Of a DNA stretch of 64,000 nucleotides, positions 29,868 through 37,153 are shown one piece after another. The notes beneath the pieces are model-generated. The model had not been told where the DNA came from, made no database searches, and saw only the letters and a program-made list of their open reading frames with translations. This DNA is from a virus. Within the stretch, counting starts at the first letter, position 1. Each line of letters opens with the position of its first letter. The translations under genes and the position numbers were made by a program. The stretch spans positions 32,001-96,000 of IMG/VR virus record IMGVR_UViG_3300026189_000003; one strand, given 5' to 3'.

Positions 29868-31645
29868 TAAAATTAAAGACGCTGACCATTAAGAACTTCA
29901 TGAGTGTGGGTGCCGCAACTCAGGTTGTCAAACTGGATCAACCCGGACTTACTCTGGTGTTAGGTAACAACTTAGATCTGGGTGGCGAGGGATCACGTAA
30001 TGGTACAGGTAAAACTACTATAATAAATGCATTGTCATTTGTGCTGTTTGGCGATGCTGTAACTAATATTAAACGTGATAATTTGATTAATAAAACTAAT
30101 CAAAAAGGCATGAGTGTTGGTTGTGAGTTTGAAGTCGGTGGACACAGTTACAGAATCGAACGAGGCAGGAAGCCTAACTATTTTAAATTCTTAGTTGACA
30201 ATTTAGAAGTAAATGAAAAAGACACTGATGAAGCACAAGGTGAAAATCGTTTAACACAAGATGAAATCAACAGAGTGTTTGGCATGAGCTTGCCTTTGTT
30301 TAAAAACATTATTGCATTAAACACATATAACCAGCCTTTTTTAGCAATGAAGCCTACAGAGCAACGTGCTATAATTGAAGAACTGTTGGGTATTACACAG
30401 CTATCGAATAAAGCAGATAGATTGAAAGAACAAATTACAAACAGCAAAAATGATATTAAAGCTGAAGAGTTACGTATTGAAGCTGTTAAAACATCTAATG
30501 AAAAGATTGAAGAAACAATCAGAAGATTTAAAATAAAAAGCCAAGCATGGCAAGATACAAAAGAAAACAATATTAAAAATTTGCAGAATGCAGTTGATGA
30601 ACTGACACAAATTGATATTGAACAAGAGCTAGAACAACATAAAAAATTAGCTGAATGGAAAGAGCTATCACAAGAAATACAAGGCTTTCAAAAACAACTT
30701 GATTATGATGTTAGAGAACAAACAAACGCACAAAAGCAAGTTGATCAATATAACGAACAGTTAAAAACTTTAGAAAACAAAACGTGTCCCATGTGTGAAC
30801 AACAAATACATGATGACACCGCTCATACAAAAGTAATTACTAATACACAACAACAAATACAAACACATACAACTACTATAACAACATTACAAGAAAGTAT
30901 TACACATACAAATAATCGCATACAACAACTAGGTGATCCGGGTGTGCGTCCAGAAACAAAATATCAAAATATTGATGATGCATATCAACACAAACAAAAT
31001 TTAAGTAACTTGCAAAATGATTTACAAAAAACTAAAGAAGAAACCAATCCGCACAGTGAACAGATTGAAACATTACAAACTAAAAATATTGAAGACATTG
31101 ATTACGGCATGATCAACAGTTTGACAAAATTAAAAGAACACCAAGAGTTTTTATACAGACTATTAACAAGCAAAGACTCATTTATTAGAAAAAAGATTAT
31201 TGATCAAAATTTATCTTACTTAAATGCAAGACTAAATCAATATTTAGAAGAACTAGGACTACCGCACGAAGTTGTATTCCAATCAGATCTAAGTGTTGAG
31301 ATAACCGAACTTGGTAGAGAACTTGATTTTGATAATTTAAGTCGAGGTGAAAGAAATAGATTAATACTCGGTTTGAGTTGGGCTTTCAGAGATATATTTG
31401 AATCAACTAATACTCCAATCAACTTATTGTTTATTGATGAGTTAATTGATAGTGGTATGGATACACAAGGTGTTGAATCAAGTATGGCTATTCTTAAAAA
31501 GATGACCAGAGAAAGACACAAAAACGTATTCTTAATTTCACATAAAGATGAACTTACTGGCAGAGTTAATAGTATTATGAATGTGGTTAAAGAAAATGGT
31601 TTCACATCATTTGGCGAAGACTTTGAAGTAGTTAGTGTCCACTAA
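29864..31645 (+). CDS. gp46: Recombination ATPase subunit (gp46 / Rad50-SbcC-like)
   Basis: Walker A NGTGKTT, zinc hook CPMC, signature LSRGE, Walker B LFIDE, ISH. Confidence 0.95.
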   Translation: MIKLKTLTIKNFMSVGAATQVVKLDQPGLTLVLGNNLDLGGEGSRNGTGKTTIINALSFVLFGDAVTNIKRDNLINKTNQKGMSVGCEFEVGGHSYRIERGRKPNYFKFLVDNLEVNEKDTDEAQGENRLTQDEINRVFGMSLPLFKNIIALNTYNQPFLAMKPTEQRAIIEELLGITQLSNKADRLKEQITNSKNDIKAEELRIEAVKTSNEKIEETIRRFKIKSQAWQDTKENNIKNLQNAVDELTQIDIEQELEQHKKLAEWKELSQEIQGFQKQLDYDVREQTNAQKQVDQYNEQLKTLENKTCPMCEQQIHDDTAHTKVITNTQQQIQTHTTTITTLQESITHTNNRIQQLGDPGVRPETKYQNIDDAYQHKQNLSNLQNDLQKTKEETNPHSEQIETLQTKNIEDIDYGMINSLTKLKEHQEFLYRLLTSKDSFIRKKIIDQNLSYLNARLNQYLEELGLPHEVVFQSDLSVEITELGRELDFDNLSRGERNRLILGLSWAFRDIFESTNTPINLLFIDELIDSGMDTQGVESSMAILKKMTRERHKNVFLISHKDELTGRVNSIMNVVKENGFTSFGEDFEVVSVH

Positions 31646-31654
31646 ATATTTTAG

Positions 31655-32338
31655 ATGGACGATCTAAAAAAACATTTTACTCCTGATTACAATAACAAAG
31701 ATATATGGGATTGGTTAGCAGAAGATACCACTGTACCTTATGTTAAACTTGATATGCATATTCCATGGAAAGATATCTATGCTGAAGCACTTGCCATAAA
31801 AGACAAATGTATAGTGCATAGAGAAGATGAAGGTGGCGGTACTTGGAAAAGTATTTGTATACATGGTGTTGATGCAGAATATACAAATGACTGGATGTAC
31901 TATGATGGTAAATTTGAACAAGAGCCAGAATATAAATGGACATGGGTAGCCGATCAATGTCCTATTACAAAACAATTTTTTGAAAATATATTTCCTTATA
32001 AAAGTTATAAACGATTAAGATTTATGTGGGTTGAACCTGGTGGGTATATCTTACCACATCAAGATAATCAAGAAAGATGTTTAAACCCAATTAATATTTC
32101 AATATACAATCCTAAAGATTGTGAGTTTAGATATAAAAATTATGGGTCAATTCCTTTTACAAATGGTAGTGCATTTTTGATAGATGTAGGACAACCCCAT
32201 GCTGTGTGGAATCGTAGCACAGAAGCAAGGCTTCATATAATTGCACATGGAAAGAAAGATAAAGCCCGTTTTTTACCGTTGTTAGAAAACAGTTGGAATA
32301 AATATTCAATACTACAGGAGCAACAAGATGAATTTTGA
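31655..32338 (+). CDS. Aspartyl/asparaginyl beta-hydroxylase-family 2OG-Fe(II) oxygenase
   Basis: 'PGGYILPHQD' HxD motif and distal 'HAVWN....RLHII'. Confidence 0.75.
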   Translation: MDDLKKHFTPDYNNKDIWDWLAEDTTVPYVKLDMHIPWKDIYAEALAIKDKCIVHREDEGGGTWKSICIHGVDAEYTNDWMYYDGKFEQEPEYKWTWVADQCPITKQFFENIFPYKSYKRLRFMWVEPGGYILPHQDNQERCLNPINISIYNPKDCEFRYKNYGSIPFTNGSAFLIDVGQPHAVWNRSTEARLHIIAHGKKDKARFLPLLENSWNKYSILQEQQDEF

Positions 32339-32690
32339 ACAATTAGTGAGATATACCCTTGAGTATAATAATCAATTAAGGTACTTTCACTGGCAAACTG
32401 AAAGTTTTGCACAACACGAAGCACTAGGTAAACTATATGATGAACTTACAGCATCATTGGATACTTTAGTTGAAATATGGATTGGTAGAAATGGCAAGAT
32501 TAAAGTGGACCAGGGTAGTGTTGAATTGGTGGATTATACAAACATACAAGCAGTGATCGAAAGTGCAGAATCACTAAGATCTGCTTATGAAGATTTTTCA
32601 AAAACAATGAATTTTATTGACGTACAAGATCAGATAGATGACATTGTAAAATCGTTAAATCAAGCAATATATCTGTTTAACCTAAAATAA
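32328..32690 (+). CDS. Ferritin/Dps-like four-helix protein
   Basis: 'FHWQT...HEAL..LYD....LD.LVE' resembles Dps ferroxidase ligands. Confidence 0.65.
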   Translation: MNFEQLVRYTLEYNNQLRYFHWQTESFAQHEALGKLYDELTASLDTLVEIWIGRNGKIKVDQGSVELVDYTNIQAVIESAESLRSAYEDFSKTMNFIDVQDQIDDIVKSLNQAIYLFNLK

Positions 32691-32762
32691 GACTTATTTT
32701 AAGCGTCATACAATGGGGTCAAAGCCACCACCTGGGGTGTTAGTACCCTCGTATTTCTGTGA

Positions 32763-33953
32763 TTATCGCAATGCTTCTATGTCAAAAGTGTGATCTTTAA
32801 CTTTGTTAAGCCAGTATGACCATTCGCTGTTTCTGATTAAATTGTGTTCGTATTCAAAAACATTTGATAAATTGATTAATGTATTTTGATCTATGTCTTC
32901 TAGAATAGAAGTTCTAGTTATATCACCTATGCAATATTTTACTTCAACGTTTTCTCGAATATGTTTTATAACTTTTAACACATCACTTGTATTATAATTA
33001 TCGAGTATATCGTAGTTTCCATCTTGTAGATCTAAAGTGGTCCAAATTCTACCATTGTATTTTTGATCAAATGTTTGTACAAACTCTTTGTAATTACCTT
33101 CATATGTCTTTATTAATAATTCTGTAAAAATTAATGCAGTTATTGAAACATCATAAAATGTAATTGTTTTAATATCTTCATAAACATTTAATATTTTTTT
33201 TAAACTTTCAACACCGTTAGCAACTGAGATATAGTTACTATGTTTTTTTGCAAACTGTGATTTTCTTGGTGAAGTAGACATTGGATAGTAATAAGAATGT
33301 GGATGCAATTTTTCATATGATAGCATAGAACTTATTTGTTCAGGTATATCATAATAAACAAATTTTTTGATATTTCTTTCATCACCATTGAACGGTCTAA
33401 TTTTATAGTCTTTTTTCAGTAGCTCACTGATAACATGACCTCCAAATTTTAATCTATCAACAGCAAGTGGTGGACGTGTATGATCTGCTTTGACCCACAA
33501 CGGAGTATAATCATGATGCCAATTTTCTTCTGCTCTAACAATATTAGTTAAGTTGTTATGAGATTTAGAATTAAAGTCAGGCTTGCCTACTTGTACCCAT
33601 TGATCTACATTTATAATAAAATGTTGTGGATGTAAATGATAATATCTTTCTTTACGATCTAAAATATGACCAATCAATGCATAGTTTGGTATATCGTCAA
33701 TCATGCTTTTTAAAAAGTTGTTATCAATATGTGCAAAAAAGAAAATGCCTTCTTGTATTACTATTGCATACTTTGTTTCCAAATATTCTAACTGTTGATT
33801 AATATTGTCAATGTCACAGACAAATATTTTATCTTCATCAAAATCGTGTATTAAGTTTTGATAAAAATAATCTCGTATACTGTCTAACAGTCCTTTATTC
33901 TTTAAAATAATTAAACTAAAATTATTGAGTATTGCTTTGGTGCTTGACTGCAT
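32763..33953 (-). CDS. Hypothetical protein, possibly a two-domain modification enzyme
   Basis: 396-aa ORF; no firm motif assignment. Confidence 0.6.
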   Translation of the reverse strand: MQSSTKAILNNFSLIILKNKGLLDSIRDYFYQNLIHDFDEDKIFVCDIDNINQQLEYLETKYAIVIQEGIFFFAHIDNNFLKSMIDDIPNYALIGHILDRKERYYHLHPQHFIINVDQWVQVGKPDFNSKSHNNLTNIVRAEENWHHDYTPLWVKADHTRPPLAVDRLKFGGHVISELLKKDYKIRPFNGDERNIKKFVYYDIPEQISSMLSYEKLHPHSYYYPMSTSPRKSQFAKKHSNYISVANGVESLKKILNVYEDIKTITFYDVSITALIFTELLIKTYEGNYKEFVQTFDQKYNGRIWTTLDLQDGNYDILDNYNTSDVLKVIKHIRENVEVKYCIGDITRTSILEDIDQNTLINLSNVFEYEHNLIRNSEWSYWLNKVKDHTFDIEALR

Positions 33954-34425
33954 CTTTATTATTTTCCCAGAACTGTTTATATTCTACATAACAATAGTTT
34001 TTGTAAGTTTTAGAATGTTTAAGTTCTTGCCACTGTGCTGGATCCCATAAAACAAATTCGCCTTGCCTAGATATTTTAACACACAGTAACCATTTGTCAT
34101 TTGCTTCGCAACTTTCAGATGCTTGTTTGATCCATTCATCTAGCTGTTTAACTTCTCCACCTAGTGCTAATTGATGCCAACGAAACTCTCCGTAATTCTT
34201 TGCTTCAATTACTAGCAAAGGAAAACTGTCAGGCGGGATTATGTCTCCTTTAAATCCTCTTGTTTGGCTTTCAGATAATGTTTCTGTTCTTACAATATTT
34301 TGTCCTCCTACAAAAGCACCCGAGTATGGAACTCTTGTAAATGATTCTTGATATAGTTCAGTAAGAAAGTTTGCTACATCTCTTTCGTATGTTTTTCCTT
34401 TGTTTTTAGATTTAGTTCCACTCAT
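33922..34425 (-). CDS. Holliday junction resolvase-like PD-(D/E)XK nuclease
   Basis: 'SKNKGKTYERDVA', 'RVPYSGA', 'GDI', 'IEAKN'; start chosen at the ATGA overlap with the upstream stop. Confidence 0.8.
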   Translation of the reverse strand: MSGTKSKNKGKTYERDVANFLTELYQESFTRVPYSGAFVGGQNIVRTETLSESQTRGFKGDIIPPDSFPLLVIEAKNYGEFRWHQLALGGEVKQLDEWIKQASESCEANDKWLLCVKISRQGEFVLWDPAQWQELKHSKTYKNYCYVEYKQFWENNKDAVKHQSNTQ

Positions 34426-34757
34426 TTTAATTTCCATTCATATCCAATAGTTAATCCTATATTTTCTTTATCGTACTCATATGCAGGTGCTATAAACCAT
34501 CCTCTATCTGTGTATCTCATAAAAGGTACAACGTCTCCTCCGCTGTATCCAGTTGCTAGACCTATTTCTAATTTTACATACTTGTCTATATCAAATTCTT
34601 TTCCTGCGTATATACTAATTGATTCTTCACTATTATAAAACGCACCAGTTATCGTGTTATCTATTTGACATCTTGCATGAGGATGAATACTATTATAATT
34701 TCCTTCTAGTCCTATGTGCATTGATACTGCCATTAATATTGATAAACAGGTATTCAT
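34422..34757 (-). CDS. Exported, probably outer-membrane beta-strand protein
   Basis: N-terminal hydrophobic signal; amphipathic strands ('GAFYNS', 'GLATGY'); aromatic C-terminus 'GYEWKLK'. Confidence 0.55.
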   Translation of the reverse strand: MNTCLSILMAVSMHIGLEGNYNSIHPHARCQIDNTITGAFYNSEESISIYAGKEFDIDKYVKLEIGLATGYSGGDVVPFMRYTDRGWFIAPAYEYDKENIGLTIGYEWKLK

Positions 34758-35411
34758 TTATTTAAACTGATTTTCTTTTCTTTTGCCTTTAGATATTTTA
34801 CCTTTTCTATTAGCTTTAATTAGCCTTCGAAGATCCTTCCATGATTTGAATTTTCTATCATATGCAACCATTCCAGGAAAGGTACGTCGAAATGCTTCTT
34901 CAATGTCTTCGTCTATTTTTTTCAAAACATCTTTTTCTGGGTATGTGCCCAGATTGTCCCAATCACAAATGTCCCAGTTGTTAATATCTTTCCAGTCACC
35001 GTCGATTATAATATTACTTCTTTCCCAGTCCATGTGTGCATGAGGTGATGTTTCTTTATAATTTTTTAAACAAAACTTTTTATACATATCTCTAAATTCA
35101 ATTGGATCTACGGTTCTTCTGAAAAATCCAGTTTGGAACATTTCTAAAACAGTTACTCCGGGAATTTCTTTGTACTCGCACCATACTTCCGTTTCACTAT
35201 CAGCTTGGTAGTTTAATAGATAGCCAGGCTTTACTTCATTAAGTAATCTCACGTGATAGTTTAACCAACCGACGTGTTTGACTCTATATCCTTGAGTCCA
35301 TTCTTTCCTGTATCTGTTTCCAACCTTGTAAGTTTTTTGAACTTTGTTAGGGTTGGTACCTGTTTTGACTAGTATTTTTACTTCTTCGTAGTTCTTAATT
35401 TCGTCGCTCAT
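34758..35411 (-). CDS. Protein-kinase-like (APH/choline kinase fold) phosphotransferase
   Basis: 'EYKEIPG' hinge, HxDxxxxN ('HMDWERSN') and 'DWD' motifs. Confidence 0.55.
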   Translation of the reverse strand: MSDEIKNYEEVKILVKTGTNPNKVQKTYKVGNRYRKEWTQGYRVKHVGWLNYHVRLLNEVKPGYLLNYQADSETEVWCEYKEIPGVTVLEMFQTGFFRRTVDPIEFRDMYKKFCLKNYKETSPHAHMDWERSNIIIDGDWKDINNWDICDWDNLGTYPEKDVLKKIDEDIEEAFRRTFPGMVAYDRKFKSWKDLRRLIKANRKGKISKGKRKENQFK

Positions 35412-35487
35412 TAAAAAAAATTTCCTTTAGATTTAATGCTATTACTTAATATAATACATTTTTTTAAAAAAAGCAATGGAAAAAAGG

Positions 35488-35517
35488 TTGACTTTAGATA
35501 TATGAGTCCCGTATTGT
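35488..35517 (+). promoter_or_regulatory. Sigma70-like promoter TTGACT-N18-TATTGT pointing into a non-coding region
   Basis: Direct match; a divergent TTGCTT-N17-TATATT (35448-35476, minus) serves 34758..35411. Confidence 0.5.
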
Positions 35518-35524
35518 TACACAC

Positions 35525-35870
35525 TATAGGCACTCTTTAGGCAGAACAGGCAAAACTTAGGCAATATAGCATCTCTACAAGGCGCGAACTACTCTGTAAC
35601 AACAGCGGCGAATCGCATGATGCAAGGCAAGTGTTAACTCAGGCACAAATGATGACAGCTCTGCTAGAAACAGATATGCAACTGTCAGCTTACACGTAAA
35701 CAGCCAACTTTGGGTATGTGTAGGTTCCGTTGGATGAAGCAGGAATTATAGGGGTATCGGCCAACCGCCTCTGCAATGTTCCTCAAGTTGGTATGACGAT
35801 CTCTGGTAATATATCAAAGGTCCCTTCGCCCGGCAACGGGTGAAGTATGGCCAAATCCAGGTAATAGGTA
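35525..35870 (+). ncRNA. Candidate large structured non-coding RNA, family unknown
   Basis: No ORF of 60 aa or more; locally GC-richer; several stems with G-U pairs, a GCAA tetraloop hairpin, an apparent pseudoknot and AGGCA repeats (see findings). Confidence 0.6.
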
Positions 35871-35989
35871 TAAAGAACACATACAACTATCACTTTCTAA
35901 TACGATGTAATTAAAATTTTTGCTTTTAGAAAACTAACGCAGAGCGTTGTACAATAGAGCTTATGCTCTATTCCTACGTAGAAACAATC

Positions 35990-36226
35990 TTAGACAATTG
36001 GTATCATTGATCCTTTGAACTTTTCAACATTATCTTTTATAAACTCCTGTATGACTTTTTTATCTTCATAGGTCAACAGCCAGGCCTGATCGATATTGAT
36101 TGATCCTCTCATGTACCAACATATTTCAGTGATGTTCTTTTTAATGTCTAGTGATTCAGTGGCCAACTCGTCAAAGTAGGTTGCGATCTCAGACGGCGAG
36201 CTTGTGATTAAGAAGTTACGAAAAAA
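35990..36226 (-). CDS. -1 frameshift extension (76 aa) of the tail chaperone, gp51/GT-like
   Basis: Frame RNFLITSSPSEIATYFDELATESLDIKKNITEICWYMRGS...IPIV* opens just before T_TTT_TTC and has no ATG near its 5' end. Confidence 0.7.
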   Translation of the reverse strand, partial: FFRNFLITSSPSEIATYFDELATESLDIKKNITEICWYMRGSINIDQAWLLTYEDKKVIQEFIKDNVEKFKGSMIPIV

Positions 36227-37047
36227 TCCGCAGGATCCAACCTAACTTCAGTTTCAAATTCTTTTTCAGTGTCTGGACAGATAAGAGTTTGTTTAGTATT
36301 AGTGCCTACGGTGTTTAGCTCGTTAATTTTTGCATCAATTTTTTTAGTGTCGTGTGTGGTCGAATTTTCTAAAAACTCTTTGATGTGTTTTGAATCAATT
36401 ACTGCATCGCCTTCTGGCGTTACAATTTTTTGTATACTCTCAACAGTGACGTCAACGTTCAAGTTAGCTAATTTTACAAACATGGATTTGAACTGTTTGG
36501 CCTGTGCGCCATCAATGTCTTCGATGTTTTTAATTGCTTTGGCTTGATCGTATGCTGTAAGATTGATTCTTGTTTGTGTTGAGTAGTTGAAAGGTTTAAC
36601 ATAAACAGAACAACCATTATCTAGTACAACACAATTGGTTTCAGGTATTTCTGTGACCTGTTCCAGAATGTTGTTAAGGTTGATAGAATATGTGGTAGTT
36701 TTGTTTGAATGTGGTGATTTAATTTTTGTTTCCATAAATTCACCATACGTGGCCATTCTTATTGCAATCAGCAACAAGTCCACATCACACACTGGTAAGT
36801 TTATTGGATCTTTGACATTAGGTGCACAACTGCCTACAACTTGTACAACTGCATCACCATTTAATAGTGCATCCGGATTACGCATGATAACTTCATCTTT
36901 ACCAGTCATAGCAAACACAGGTATCTCTCCTGTTACAGCCGAATCCACAACTTCATTGAACTTTCCACGTGACGGGAGTTTCACGTATAATTTTGGAGCT
37001 CTATAAAACTGTTTTAACGGATTTTGATTTTTATCTTTTTGTTCCAT
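36208..37047 (-). CDS. Baseplate hub / tail assembly chaperone (T4 gp26-like)
   Basis: 'NPLKQFYRAPKLYVKLPS.G', 'MTGKDE...PDALLNG', 'LLIAIRMATYG'; divergent from the tape measure gene. Confidence 0.75.
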   Translation of the reverse strand: MEQKDKNQNPLKQFYRAPKLYVKLPSRGKFNEVVDSAVTGEIPVFAMTGKDEVIMRNPDALLNGDAVVQVVGSCAPNVKDPINLPVCDVDLLLIAIRMATYGEFMETKIKSPHSNKTTTYSINLNNILEQVTEIPETNCVVLDNGCSVYVKPFNYSTQTRINLTAYDQAKAIKNIEDIDGAQAKQFKSMFVKLANLNVDVTVESIQKIVTPEGDAVIDSKHIKEFLENSTTHDTKKIDAKINELNTVGTNTKQTLICPDTEKEFETEVRLDPADFFVTS

Positions 37048-37090
37048 TTATTATTTCCTAATATTTATAAAGTACACATATTAAGGTCTA

Positions 37091-37098
37091 TATAAATA
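37091..37098 (+). promoter_or_regulatory. Late promoter TATAAATA
   Basis: Exact T4 late consensus upstream of the tape measure gene. Confidence 0.65.
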
Positions 37099-37153
37099 TC
37101 TTTATAGTAATACTTATAAGGAATATTAACTGCGTACTTAATTATTTATCATT

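Noticed and set aside
32711-32752. CCACCA and GGGG in a small GC-rich intergenic patch, suggesting a tRNA or tmRNA end
   Set aside because: Too short and no T-loop or cloverleaf; more likely weak hairpins between convergent genes
35649-35699. 16-codon ORF MMTALLETDMQLSAYT inside the candidate RNA, considered as a tmRNA tag or leader peptide
   Set aside because: No Ala-rich tag ending, no tRNA-like domain or CCA end, and no clear SD
35525-35870. Group I/II intron, RNase P or CRISPR interpretation of the non-coding region
   Set aside because: It does not interrupt a gene; no P7, domain V or P4 consensus is visible; the repeats are 5 nt, with no repeat-spacer structure
30862-35889. 14-nt match AACACATACAACTA between gp46 and the region after the candidate RNA
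   Set aside because: Matches of this length are expected by chance in 64 kb of AT-rich DNA
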